Shown here: piece after piece, positions 54,416 to 64,000 of the stretch
Position numbering within the stretch: position 1 is the stretch's first letter
How the letters are laid out: each line of letters opens with the position of its first letter
Assembly: GCA_016215405.1 (NCBI GenBank)
Contig: JACRJQ010000005.1
Coordinates: 75,560-139,559, forward strand
DNA length: 64,000 nucleotides
Reading direction: 5' to 3'
Source of the DNA: Candidatus Tayloriibacteriota bacterium
GTDB lineage: Bacteria; Patescibacteriota; Minisyncoccia; Phycocordibacterales; UBA6065
Made by a program: the position numbers and the translations under genes
The notes under the pieces: generated by a model
Seen by the model: the letters and a program-made list of their open reading frames with translations, nothing else
The model's database searches: none
What the model was told of the DNA's origin: nothing

Positions 54416-56224
54416 TTATGATTTCTTTTTCGCTTTTTCTCGCTCGGTCTTCTTGAGGAATTGCTTTCGGAGGCGCACCGATTGTGGCGTTATCTCGAGG
54501 AAGTCTGATTCGTGCATGATCTCGAGGCCTCGCTCGATGGTGAGCGTGAAAGGAGGGATGAGATCGATCGCCTCGTCCTTTCCGGCAGAACGATAGTTCG
54601 ACATGACCTTGCCTTTGCATGGGTTAACGTCGAGGTCGTCGCCTTTCGACGTGTTGCCGATGAGCATGCCTTCGTAGACGGGCACGCCTGCGCCGATATA
54701 GAGGGTTCCGCGCTCCTGGAGGTTCCAGAGGGCGAATCCGACGGCGTCACCGGTCTCCATGGAGATCATCGATCCGAATTCGTGCTTCTCGATGGCGCCC
54801 ACATGAGGCCTAAATCCGACGAAGCGCGACGACAGGATGCCTTCGCCTCTGGTATCGACGACGAACTCGCCTCGGTAGCCGAGGAGCCCCCTGGTAGGTA
54901 TCTCGAAAGTGAGGCGGGTGATGCCCTCGCGCTCGACCATGTTTGTCATGATGCCCTTCCTCTGGGAGAGCTTGCGGATGACTTCGCCTGAGACTTCGTT
55001 CCTGACGTCCGCCGTGACCTCTTCGAACGGCTCGGACTTTACTCCGTCGATCTCCTTGATGATGACCTGAGGCTGGGAGACCTGGAGCTCGAAGCCCTCT
55101 CGGCGCATAGTCTCGAGGAGTATGGAGACGTGGAGCTCGCCGCGGCCGTAGACCTTGAAGGTATCGACGCCTGGGATGCTCTCGCCTGCGGCAGGAGAGA
55201 AGTCTATCCTGAGGCCCACGTTCACCTCGAGCTCCTTTTCGAGGCGCTCGCGGATCTGGCGGGTCGTGACGAACTTGCCCTCGCGACCTGCGAACGGCGA
55301 GTTATTGACGAGGAAGTTGAGCGCGATGGTGGGCTCGTCGACATTTATGGCGTGGAGAGGGACCTGATCAGGGGTCTCACAGATGGTCTCGCCGATAAAG
55401 ATATCGGAGAGGCCGGCTAGCATGACGATATCGCCTGCGCCCGCTTCAGTCGATTCGATTCGGTCGAGGCCTTCGAAGGTATAGAGCTTCGTCACCTTGC
55501 CTTGGCGCGTCTCGCCGGTCGGTTTCTTGATAAAGACGTTTTGTCCCACCTTGACCTTGCCCTCGTATATGCGGCCTACCGCGAGGCGGCCGGTATACGA
55601 GTCGTACGCGAGATTGAACGGCTGCATGCGCAGAGGGATCGCGGTGTTCGATGGAGCCGCAGGCACGAGCTCGAGCACGGCGTCGAGGAGGGGAGACAAG
55701 TCTGAGGACTCGTCGGTAAGGTTCCTTTTCGCGATGCCCTGGCGGCCGATCGCGTAGATGGTATGGAAATCGAGCTGCTCGTCCGTCGCTCCGAGCTCGA
55801 TGAAGAGCTCGAGGATCTCGTCGAGAGCCTCTTTCGGCCTGGCTGCCGGCTTGTCGATCTTGTTTATGACGACGATGGGCTTCATCCCGAGTTCAAGGGA
55901 CTTCTTCAAGACGAAACGGGTCTGTGGCATAGGACCCTCCTGCGCGTCGACGAGGAGGAGGACTGTGTCGATAGAGCGCAAGACGCGCTCGACCTCAGAG
56001 CCGAAATCGGCGTGCCCGGGAGTATCCACGATGTTTATCTTCGTCCCTTTGTAGTGGATAGAGGCGTTTTTCGCATAGATGGTGATGCCGCGCTCCTGTT
56101 CGAGGGCGTTCGTATCCATGGAAAAGCCCTCTTTGGCGACTCCTGCCTGCTTCATGATGCCGTCCATGAGGGTGGTCTTGCCGTGGTCGACGTGTGCGAT
56201 AATCGCTATATTGCGGATCTCCAT
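54416..56224 (-). CDS. typA: Translational GTPase TypA/BipA
   Basis: G1 AIIAHVDHGKTTL, DTPGHADF and NKIDK, with EF-G-like domains. Start trimmed to MEIRNIAIIAH; the track ORF has a spurious 56-aa N-terminal extension. Confidence 0.9.
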   Translation of the reverse strand: MEIRNIAIIAHVDHGKTTLMDGIMKQAGVAKEGFSMDTNALEQERGITIYAKNASIHYKGTKINIVDTPGHADFGSEVERVLRSIDTVLLLVDAQEGPMPQTRFVLKKSLELGMKPIVVINKIDKPAARPKEALDEILELFIELGATDEQLDFHTIYAIGRQGIAKRNLTDESSDLSPLLDAVLELVPAAPSNTAIPLRMQPFNLAYDSYTGRLAVGRIYEGKVKVGQNVFIKKPTGETRQGKVTKLYTFEGLDRIESTEAGAGDIVMLAGLSDIFIGETICETPDQVPLHAINVDEPTIALNFLVNNSPFAGREGKFVTTRQIRERLEKELEVNVGLRIDFSPAAGESIPGVDTFKVYGRGELHVSILLETMRREGFELQVSQPQVIIKEIDGVKSEPFEEVTADVRNEVSGEVIRKLSQRKGIMTNMVEREGITRLTFEIPTRGLLGYRGEFVVDTRGEGILSSRFVGFRPHVGAIEKHEFGSMISMETGDAVGFALWNLQERGTLYIGAGVPVYEGMLIGNTSKGDDLDVNPCKGKVMSNYRSAGKDEAIDLIPPFTLTIERGLEIMHESDFLEITPQSVRLRKQFLKKTEREKAKKKS

Positions 56225-56280
56225 AAGGCTGCTTAAAAAATAAAACAGAGCCGACGGCTCAGATAGGGGTATATTTAAGC

Positions 56281-56310
56281 AAAAAAAAGCGCGCCTGGCA
56301 AGGGCGCGCT
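56281..56310 (-). terminator. Terminator for the adk-like gene (minus-strand sense: hairpin then U8)
   Basis: Plus strand aaaaaaaa gcgcgcc tggcaa gggcgcgc. Confidence 0.7.
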
Positions 56311-56333
56311 TCGCAAGCGGGTTTTCGCTCCGT

Positions 56334-57086
56334 TTAGGCCACCGCGGCCTGTTCAGGCGCGTAGCGCTCGGTATCGAAGGACGCGTCGACATCGGGCTCC
56401 AGGCAGGCCTGGATCTTGGGGAAGATGCCTTCGGCGATGCTCTCGTCGCCGTCGACCTCGATCACGTCGCACGCCGTCTCCTTGAACATCTCCCGCAGCT
56501 GGGGAGCCGTGTTCTGGTGGAGGCGGAAGCGCTTGTGGAAGGTCGGCAGCTCTGCGTCGATGCGATTCTTGCCGTTAGGCTTGTTCTCGCAGCGATGCAT
56601 GAACCGGGCGAGGCAGGTGCTCTCGGAGGCCTCGATCATAAAGACCTTGTCCCCCTCGGCGAGATACCCTTCTCGGGCGGCGAACGCGATCTGGTTCGGC
56701 GAGCGGCAAAAGCCGTCGACGAGGACCATGTTAGGCATGCCGTTCTTGGCCATCTCGTCGATCTTCCGTTCGAAGAGGATGATCGCTTCGGGGTCGGGGA
56801 TCAGATCCCCGGCCCTGACCATCGGCCCGTAGGCGCGATTGAACTCAGGGTCGCTCTCGAGGAGGTCTTTGACGATGTCGCCAAAGGACACGATCCCGAC
56901 GCGGACGAGCCCGCGATTGATCATGACGCGCAGCCACGAGAGGAGGAGCTTCATGAGATAGCCTTTGCCCACGCACGTGGGCCCGATGAAATACACGAAA
57001 CGGGTCTCGCGGTATTTCTCGCGCGAGAACAGTTTGGACGCTAGGGGAGCCAGAGCGGCACAGAGGACGGAAACCAACTTGGTCAT
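56334..57086 (-). CDS. Adenylate-kinase-family (NMP kinase-like) P-loop protein with N-terminal extension
   Basis: P-loop IGPTCVGKG, and segments VLVDGFCRSPNQ (Adk LLDGFPRT) and RIDAELPTFHKRFRLHQNTAPQLREMF that parallel the Adk core and LID regions. Confidence 0.55.
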   Translation of the reverse strand: MTKLVSVLCAALAPLASKLFSREKYRETRFVYFIGPTCVGKGYLMKLLLSWLRVMINRGLVRVGIVSFGDIVKDLLESDPEFNRAYGPMVRAGDLIPDPEAIILFERKIDEMAKNGMPNMVLVDGFCRSPNQIAFAAREGYLAEGDKVFMIEASESTCLARFMHRCENKPNGKNRIDAELPTFHKRFRLHQNTAPQLREMFKETACDVIEVDGDESIAEGIFPKIQACLEPDVDASFDTERYAPEQAAVA

Positions 57087-57196
57087 TCGGCAATGAGGGT
57101 CGAGGGTTGATGTATAGGTTTACATCCTATTCATTCTCAGAATAAGAAGGAGCAGGACTGGTGAGGAATTCTACATGAAAACCCGAGCGGGTCAAT

Positions 57197-57946
57197 TTAC
57201 CCGTGCTTTGAGAGGAGAAGGAGGAACTCTTTATTGCCCTTCTCGCCCTCGATAGGGGAGACCGCCTCGGCCTCTATCGAGAAGCCCGAGCTCTTTGCGA
57301 CGTCGCGCACTCTTTGCAGCGCGTCGTGGCGGACCTTCTCGTCCGAGATGATCCCCTTGAACCTGTCTGCGATCTCTTTGCCGACTTCGAACTGCGGCTT
57401 GACGAGGGCGACGACCCTGCCGCCGTTCTTAACGAGCTCGTATGCCTTGGGAAGGATGTGTGAGAGAGATATGAATGAGACGTCTATGACCGCTGCGTCG
57501 ACGGGTGAGGGGAGGCAAAATTTCCGTATGTCGGTGCTCTCGTGGAGTTCGATCCGTGGGTCGTCGCGAAGGGAGCTATCGAGCTGATCCGTGCCCACGT
57601 CGACGGCGATCACCTTCGCCGCTCCTTTCTTGAGGAGACAGTCGACGAACCCTCCCGTGGATGATCCTATGTCAATGACGGTCGCTCCAGCGAAGTCGAG
57701 CTTGAAGGCCTCGATGGCGAAAGAGAGCTTCTCTCCGGCTCTTGATACGAAGGTGTCGCCGCCCTCGATCGATATGTCGTCCTCAAGTCTCACTTCGAGG
57801 CTTGCTTTGAGAGCGACTTTTCCATTCACTCTCATTTTTCCTCGCTTGATGAGGTCCGCCGAAAGCGATCTGGAACGGGTAAGCCCCCTCCGATAGGCCT
57901 CGACATCGAGTCTGTTTCCGTGTTCTAGAGATGAAGGATTTTCCAT
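57197..57946 (-). CDS. tlyA: TlyA-family rRNA 2'-O-methyltransferase (S4 plus FtsJ-like)
   Basis: An S4-like N-terminus and the SAM motif VIDIGSSTGGFVDCLL. Confidence 0.85.
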   Translation of the reverse strand: MENPSSLEHGNRLDVEAYRRGLTRSRSLSADLIKRGKMRVNGKVALKASLEVRLEDDISIEGGDTFVSRAGEKLSFAIEAFKLDFAGATVIDIGSSTGGFVDCLLKKGAAKVIAVDVGTDQLDSSLRDDPRIELHESTDIRKFCLPSPVDAAVIDVSFISLSHILPKAYELVKNGGRVVALVKPQFEVGKEIADRFKGIISDEKVRHDALQRVRDVAKSSGFSIEAEAVSPIEGEKGNKEFLLLLSKHG

Positions 57947-58302
57947 GGGTAAACCATACCCGAAGAGTCGGTATAAAGATAGTTTTAACGTATCGAGTCA
58001 CCGGTGGCAGTGGGGGATTTGAAGAACTATCCATGGAGCTCGCGCCCCATCAAAATATGGTATTCATTTTTAAACATTTATAAACATTGATAGATAATTT
58101 ACGTAAGTTAGCCACCTAGAAAAATGGGTGTTTTCTAGGTCCAGGACCACATACCAGTAACCGCTGAAGACACAATCCTCTCTGGCCCCAGAGGTCGGGT
58201 CAACAGAGAGGGGGTATCTGGTTCAAACTTCAAATAACGAAAACTCGCGATCGCTCTTTTCCACAGGGCCTATTCCTGGGCTAGAAACTATAATTAGACG
58301 TA

Positions 58303-61300
58303 ATGAGCAGCGATCTCTATTTAGAAGGAAAAAAGTATATCTCGTCTAGACGAGCTGCGGCTGAGTATGGCTATACTCAGGACTATGTCGGCCAACTCAT
58401 ACGCGGCAAAAAAGTAGATGCAAAGATGATAGGCAGGTCGTGGTATGTCTGCGAGGAGTCTCTTGCCTCATATCAGACATCCGCGAACCTCTTTTTGAAG
58501 GAAAAAGCCGAGGCTCTCAAGGCTCAGGCCGCTACGCAAAGGGTCATCTCGGCTCAAGAGAAGCCCTCGCTCGCGTACGCTCCAGACGAGAGCCCCCTCA
58601 TGCCGCCTCTCAAGAAGGTTGGCATCGAGAAGCTTATAGACGAGCCAGTCATGTCGAGGGTCGCTTTCGGATCATGGAAGGCGGCTGATCTCTCGAAGAA
58701 GGCTGTCGCTGCGACGCTTTCGCTCTCGCTTGTCCTCGGCGCTGGCTGGTTCACCTATCCCGGTAACGCGAAGGCGGCCCTTGGAGCGATCGCGAGCGGC
58801 CTTCAGAGAGTCGATGATGCGGCAGCGATCGCTATGATCGATTTCGTCGGGCATGTCCGAAACGCTCTCGGAATCAACCTTGCGGCGGTCGAGAGTTCGA
58901 TCGAGGGTGTCGAGCGGTCTATCGATCTCGCGACAGAGGCTTCGGAGTCGATCGTCTCTTTCCATGAGTCGAGCGTCTCGAAGGTCGGCGACGCGATCGC
59001 AAGCGCCTTCGGGTCAGTAACGAAGATCTCGGATGGATTCGCTTCTCTCGCGGCTGTCGGAGCGTCACAAGATTCTTTCCTCGAAAGGATAGCTCGCGGC
59101 GTCTACGAGAGTATTCACGCGCTCTTTGGCGGAAAAAAGCAGATCGCCCGAGAATCGGCACCTGCGCCTCTCGCAGAGACAAAGACGATCGTCGCGCAGA
59201 GCGATCGCTTCGAACCCGTATTCCCTGAGGGCGTCGTACCGGCGACTTCCACCGAGCCTGACGTTTACGCACCGCAGGCAGTGACGGTCCCTGCGACAGC
59301 TGCGGCGTCGCCTGTCGTGAATAACTATTACTCGACCGAAGGCATGAGTGCGGCGGAGGTAAAGGCTCTCATCTCGGCTTCGGAGAGCGAGTTGCGCTCC
59401 GAGATAGCGGCAGCCGCGAGTTCGGCGGCGCGGGCTACCGGAAATGCGCGCAACGCGCGAGAGGATAACAGCGTGGGCGACCAGTACAGGCCGGTCATCC
59501 GCGAGGCGACCATAAAGGACGCGAAAAGCCTCTCCGTCGCAGGCGATACGACGCTCTCTGGCGGCCTTTCGGGCACATCGGCATATTTTAGCGACGGGAT
59601 AGGCATAGGCGGCAGCTTGAACGCATCCGGCGGCCTCGTCGTGTCAGGAGCGGCGACATCCTATGCGACGAATACCGCGCCATCCTTTGCGGCGACCTCC
59701 ACCGCGGCGACGTCGACCTTCGCCGGAGGCATAGCTATCGGAGACACCGGTTTCGTGTTCCAGCAGGCGACGAAGAATATCGGGATCGGTACGACCTCGC
59801 CCGATGCCACCATATCCCTCCTGCAGAGCTCGAACGGCACGACCATGATATCGGCGTACCGCGCGACCGACATCGCTCCGTCGGGGGATTTCATAAACTA
59901 TAAGTCGAACGCAGGCACGACCCTCTTCCGCGTCGACAATTCCGGCAACCTCCTCGCTGGCGGCATCATCAACACAGGGAGCCAGACCGTGACCTCCGTG
60001 TCCGGCCCTCAATTCCGCATCCAATACGACGCTTCGAACGAATTCACGACCACGGTGAGCTCGTCCGGTACGACCACTTTGGCGCTCAACGGCACGACGC
60101 CTTCCTTGGCGTTCACTCCGCAATCGAACCAGCGGAACACCTTCGATTTCACGAATGCAGCCGGAACCTCTATCCTCTCTATAGATACCCAGAACAGGCG
60201 CGTCGGCATCGGCACCACGTCTCCGTCTCGGGCGCTCGACGTCGTAGGGGTCGGAGGATTCCACGATCCGTCCGGGTCCGGCAGCTATTTCAGGATCGGC
60301 GCTGATTCGACCGGTTCATATTTCGAGGGTGATCCTACCGGCAGGCCGGTATCGTTCTGGGTAGGCGGAGCGGAGAAGGTCCGGTTCTCTACGACGAGCG
60401 TAGGCATCGGCACTACGTCTCCGTCGGCAAAGCTCTCTATAGAGCAGAATGCCGGGGAGACCGGATTCGTCGTCGGATCATCGACGCAGACGTCGTTTAT
60501 CGTAGACGCGAAGGGAAACGTCGGTGTAAACATGACCAATCCAAATCCTGGCGATTTCGGAGGAGGCGCTCTCGGAGTGAGAGGCAGGAATAATTCGACG
60601 ACAGGAAGCCTCGTCCTCGTCGGTAACAACGTCACTGGCACGAATCCGGTAGGCAGGGTTGCGTTCACCCAAGAGGTCGCAGGCGTGAATACGAACATCG
60701 CGTTCATTCAGGCGCTCCGTGCGGGGGCCGACGATGCAGGAGACCTTAATTTCATGACAAAGGCGGCAGGAGGCTCTCTCTTGGAGAGGATGCGCATAAC
60801 GTCCGTCGGAAACATTGGCATCGGTACGACCACTCCGGGAGCGAAGCTGTCGGTAAACGCCGCTCTGGGCGACACTAACACCACGCTCTTCTCGATCTCG
60901 TCATCGACATCCTCCGGAGCATCGACCACTTTCGCCGTGCTCAATAGTAATCGAGTCGGTATCGGTACGCTGACCCCGTCCCGCCCGCTGCAGATATGGA
61001 CGACCGAATCCGATTCTATACAAGTGAATCGCCAAGGTTCATTTAACATAGGCGACACCGTGGGCCTCATAGCGTTCCAGACCGGCAGCGGCAGCGGTAC
61101 AGACGCCAATGCCCAGGTACGTTCGTTCGTAAAGCAGGCTGGGTCTGAATACGTCTCCGATCTTCGTCTGAGGGCGAGGTCACTTGGGGGCGGGATGAGA
61201 GATATCCTCACTGCGGATTATACGGGCAATGTCGGAGTCGGCACGACGTCTCCTTTTGCCCAGCTCTCGGTCAATCCGGACGGGATTTCAGGACCTTCTT

Positions 61301-64000
61301 TCGCGATAGGATCTTCGACCAGGACGAACCTCATCGTGACGAATGGGGGCAACGTGGGCATCGGGACTTCGAGCCCGCTTACGCGACTCGATGTCGTAGA
61401 TAACGGTCAAGTCGTGGCTGCGTTTCGCGGTTCGAATGATCACAACACCGTTGCGATCGATAACCTCGGCGGGACGAGTTTCAAGAATCAGCTTTCGTTT
61501 AGGACTCAGAACACAGAGAAGTGGGCGATAGGAAACGATATCAATGCGAATGGCAGCGATAACTTCTATATATGGAATGCCACCGGCGGAAGGACTCCTT
61601 TCTCGATCGATGGAACAGCAAACACGATTGTGCTATCGCAGAGCGGTAGTTACAAAGTTGGCGTGTCCTCGACCACGCCATGGGCCCAGCTCTCTTTAAA
61701 TCCGAATGGAATTACTGGGCCGTCATTCGTGGTTGGAAGCTCGACCAAGACCGATTTCATCGTGACGAACGCCGGAAGGGTCGGTATCGGCACGACGACT
61801 CCGCAGAGGTCGCTTCATGTAGTGGGTAACGGCGCGATCATAGAGAGATTTGGTGCAACGCCTCTCCTTGTCCTCCGTGGCGGACCTACCAGCGCGACCG
61901 GTAAGGATTGGAAGGTTAATGTCGACCAGGCGACGAGCAATTTGAATTTTGTCTACGACAACGTAGGTGAGTCAAACAATCAGTTCGCAATGGGTATCGA
62001 TACTAACGGCAACCTTGGTATCGGTACGACTACGCCCGGAGCAAGGCTTGCCGTAACGGGAAATGCTTTAGTGAATGGAAACCTCACGGTCCAGCCTGCG
62101 GGTAACGGACCCCAGCTCAACGTCCTCGCGAACGGGTCGGGGAACGATACCGAGATAGTCATAGGAGACGGCCTCGGATCGTTCTGGAACCTCTCGCGCG
62201 AGAATAGCGTAGGGAACGTGAACCGCGGCGACCTCACGTTCGAGTCGTCTGCGGCGGGCACCGTGCTCTCCCTCGAGAATTCTGGGACGGTGGGGATCGG
62301 AACGACGACATCTGCGTCAGGGCTCACCATCGCTTCGACGACAGCGGCGAGCACGTATTTCCAAGGGCTTACGATCACGACCAATAACGCTACGAGCTGG
62401 GGAAACTACATGATCTTTGCCCGAGGCGGCACATCGAACCGCGGCCTTGTCCTCGGAGAGCAGTACGGGGGAAACCTTGACGCGCCGACCATACGGTCGG
62501 CCGGAAGCGTATCGCAGGACCTCGAGATCAGATCCGGCCGCAACCTATCCGGAAACAGCGGCGTGATCTACTTTAATACCGGCGGCGATTCGACCGCGCA
62601 GATATATCAGGGTACGACCACGATCACGACCGACCTCTCTGTTTCCGGCGAAATCGGAGTCGGCACGACTTCTCCATGGGCAAAGCTTTCGGTAAACCAA
62701 GGAGCTGGTGATGTTGCATTCGCCATCGGCTCTTCGACTCGAACGAGCTTCATCGTCGCTGCGAACGGGCATGTAGGCATCGGCACCACCACTCCGCCGA
62801 GGCCGTTCTATCTCCAGGGTACGAGCGACGGCACCATCGGAGTCCAGACCACAGCGACGAACAATTACACCGGTATCAATTTGTTCGACGTCGATAGCAA
62901 TCTAGTGGGCTCGCTCGGATACGGCAATTCCGCAGCCGGAGTCTTTGCGGACACCGTCTTTGTCGGGTCGCGTAACGCGACTGCTCCTCTCGCGTTCGTC
63001 ACAGGCGGCTCGTCCGAGAGGATGAGGATCACGCCGACAGGAAATGTGGGTATCGGTACGACATCTCCGTCGGCTCTCTTTGCTGTCGAGCAGGATACTG
63101 AGGCGAATTCATTCATGATTGGGAATACGGGTAGTACGACATGGAATGGACTAGCGTCCCCATCGCTCGTCGTTAAAGGAGTGAATGGAAACGGTAGGGT
63201 CGGAGTAGGTGTCGCGGACCCTGCGGCGAGAATGGAGATCCTCAACACCTCTCCAACGAGTGGTATAAACGAAGTGCTTCGGCTGTCGAATGGATTCACC
63301 ACAGGTGCTCTCAATGAGCCGGCGATAAGATTTGACAATAGTCTCGGTACGAATTGGTGGAGCATAAGCGCTGTGGTCGCCGGAGGCGCTCAGCATTTTC
63401 GTATAGGAAAGAGTTTGGCGGGCGATCCAAATACGTTGGAAGAATATATAAGAATAGTCGGTAGTGACGGAAATTTAGGCGTTGGGACGACGTCTCCTTG
63501 GGCGAAGCTCTCTGCCTCGAGCACCTCTTCGTATCCTGCGCTCGCGATCGAGCAGAGAGGTGCTGGCGCCGCTGCGGTATTTTTGGGAGGTAATGTCGGC
63601 ATCGGCACCACATCGCCAACGGCAAAGCTCCACGTCTACGGGTCTGGCGGAATCGAACCTATAATCCAGAGCTCGAACAGCTATTCGGGGATCACCCTCG
63701 TCGGCGGCCAGGCACAGGACGGAGCGAATGGATACGGCATCTATTCCGGCTACCCGACGGCTGGTAATTTCTCTATCGGCGAAAACGGCGTAGGCACCCG
63801 ACTCACCATCCAAAAGACGACCGGCAACGTCGGCATCGGTACGACGACACCCTCGGCGATGCTGCATGTTGCAGGTAGTGGGTCGACCTCGCTCGGGAAT
63901 GGAGATTTGAGCCTCAAGCTTACAGGTACTGCGGATAACACATATTCCGGTTTCAATATCTATAGTCCGAGCAATTCGAATCAGTTCTTTGCCTGGGCGA
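58303..64000 (+). CDS. Giant repeat protein, partial (runs off the window end; at least 1899 aa): short N-terminal HTH-like segment, one TM helix, then more than 18 degenerate repeats carrying G-N-[VI]-G-[IV]-G-T-T-[ST]-P-x-A-[KR]-L-x-V
   Basis: Hand translation from ATG 58303 shows an uninterrupted frame to 64000; it is absent from the track because there is no stop in the window. The repeat anchor VGIGTTSP.AKLSV recurs every 90-130 aa. Confidence 0.85.
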   Translation, partial: MSSDLYLEGKKYISSRRAAAEYGYTQDYVGQLIRGKKVDAKMIGRSWYVCEESLASYQTSANLFLKEKAEALKAQAATQRVISAQEKPSLAYAPDESPLMPPLKKVGIEKLIDEPVMSRVAFGSWKAADLSKKAVAATLSLSLVLGAGWFTYPGNAKAALGAIASGLQRVDDAAAIAMIDFVGHVRNALGINLAAVESSIEGVERSIDLATEASESIVSFHESSVSKVGDAIASAFGSVTKISDGFASLAAVGASQDSFLERIARGVYESIHALFGGKKQIARESAPAPLAETKTIVAQSDRFEPVFPEGVVPATSTEPDVYAPQAVTVPATAAASPVVNNYYSTEGMSAAEVKALISASESELRSEIAAAASSAARATGNARNAREDNSVGDQYRPVIREATIKDAKSLSVAGDTTLSGGLSGTSAYFSDGIGIGGSLNASGGLVVSGAATSYATNTAPSFAATSTAATSTFAGGIAIGDTGFVFQQATKNIGIGTTSPDATISLLQSSNGTTMISAYRATDIAPSGDFINYKSNAGTTLFRVDNSGNLLAGGIINTGSQTVTSVSGPQFRIQYDASNEFTTTVSSSGTTTLALNGTTPSLAFTPQSNQRNTFDFTNAAGTSILSIDTQNRRVGIGTTSPSRALDVVGVGGFHDPSGSGSYFRIGADSTGSYFEGDPTGRPVSFWVGGAEKVRFSTTSVGIGTTSPSAKLSIEQNAGETGFVVGSSTQTSFIVDAKGNVGVNMTNPNPGDFGGGALGVRGRNNSTTGSLVLVGNNVTGTNPVGRVAFTQEVAGVNTNIAFIQALRAGADDAGDLNFMTKAAGGSLLERMRITSVGNIGIGTTTPGAKLSVNAALGDTNTTLFSISSSTSSGASTTFAVLNSNRVGIGTLTPSRPLQIWTTESDSIQVNRQGSFNIGDTVGLIAFQTGSGSGTDANAQVRSFVKQAGSEYVSDLRLRARSLGGGMRDILTADYTGNVGVGTTSPFAQLSVNPDGISGPSFAIGSSTRTNLIVTNGGNVGIGTSSPLTRLDVVDNGQVVAAFRGSNDHNTVAIDNLGGTSFKNQLSFRTQNTEKWAIGNDINANGSDNFYIWNATGGRTPFSIDGTANTIVLSQSGSYKVGVSSTTPWAQLSLNPNGITGPSFVVGSSTKTDFIVTNAGRVGIGTTTPQRSLHVVGNGAIIERFGATPLLVLRGGPTSATGKDWKVNVDQATSNLNFVYDNVGESNNQFAMGIDTNGNLGIGTTTPGARLAVTGNALVNGNLTVQPAGNGPQLNVLANGSGNDTEIVIGDGLGSFWNLSRENSVGNVNRGDLTFESSAAGTVLSLENSGTVGIGTTTSASGLTIASTTAASTYFQGLTITTNNATSWGNYMIFARGGTSNRGLVLGEQYGGNLDAPTIRSAGSVSQDLEIRSGRNLSGNSGVIYFNTGGDSTAQIYQGTTTITTDLSVSGEIGVGTTSPWAKLSVNQGAGDVAFAIGSSTRTSFIVAANGHVGIGTTTPPRPFYLQGTSDGTIGVQTTATNNYTGINLFDVDSNLVGSLGYGNSAAGVFADTVFVGSRNATAPLAFVTGGSSERMRITPTGNVGIGTTSPSALFAVEQDTEANSFMIGNTGSTTWNGLASPSLVVKGVNGNGRVGVGVADPAARMEILNTSPTSGINEVLRLSNGFTTGALNEPAIRFDNSLGTNWWSISAVVAGGAQHFRIGKSLAGDPNTLEEYIRIVGSDGNLGVGTTSPWAKLSASSTSSYPALAIEQRGAGAAAVFLGGNVGIGTTSPTAKLHVYGSGGIEPIIQSSNSYSGITLVGGQAQDGANGYGIYSGYPTAGNFSIGENGVGTRLTIQKTTGNVGIGTTTPSAMLHVAGSGSTSLGNGDLSLKLTGTADNTYSGFNIYSPSNSNQFFAWA

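Noticed and set aside
59644-63956. Series of minus-strand ORFs (59644..60264, 60285..60707, 60708..61211, 61980..62384, 62865..63365 and others)
   Set aside because: All lie antisense to the single long + frame of the giant repeat protein. Pro/Thr/Val-rich low-complexity translations.

Overview
This is a 64 kb, densely coded, high-GC (about 60%) bacterial chromosomal segment, roughly 60 genes on both strands, with no rRNA, CRISPR, transposase or integrase. Recognisable housekeeping genes: cysteine desulfurase, clpB, alr, an rpmG (ribosomal protein L33) gene missing from the ORF track, rarA, miaA, parB, topA, dprA, serS, an FtsQ-like gene, dus, dnaX, trhO, truB, typA/bipA, an adk-like kinase, tlyA, an RRM protein, an M32 carboxypeptidase, an HtrA-like protease and a UvrD-type helicase fused to a Cas4/AddB-like Fe-S nuclease. 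Four tRNA genes are present (Tyr-GTA, Trp-CCA, Leu-CAA, Gln-TTG), all on the minus strand. Each tRNA is followed by a sense-orientation partial copy of its own 3' half, so its 3' end sits inside a long palindrome. Accessory content: two tandem arrays of type IV pilin-like proteins (prepilin leader, LamG-type signatures) with near-identical 5' segments; two large secreted proteins; a giant repeat protein of at least 1899 aa running off the window end; a low-GC DUF2726 nuclease-like gene beside tRNA-Gln; and a response regulator - histidine kinase - two-domain terpenoid-enzyme-like operon. In that operon a class II cyclase-like DxDD domain is fused to a trans-prenyl-diphosphate-synthase-like domain with both Asp-rich motifs, and its ATG overlaps the kinase stop as TGATG. 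One histidine-phosphatase gene is frameshifted in an A5/T5 homopolymer. The gene content (LamG pilins, giant surface protein, many small secreted hypotheticals, cysteine-free L33) fits a Patescibacteria/CPR-like or similarly reduced lineage, but that is inference. Most long antisense ORFs in the track are high-GC artefacts.
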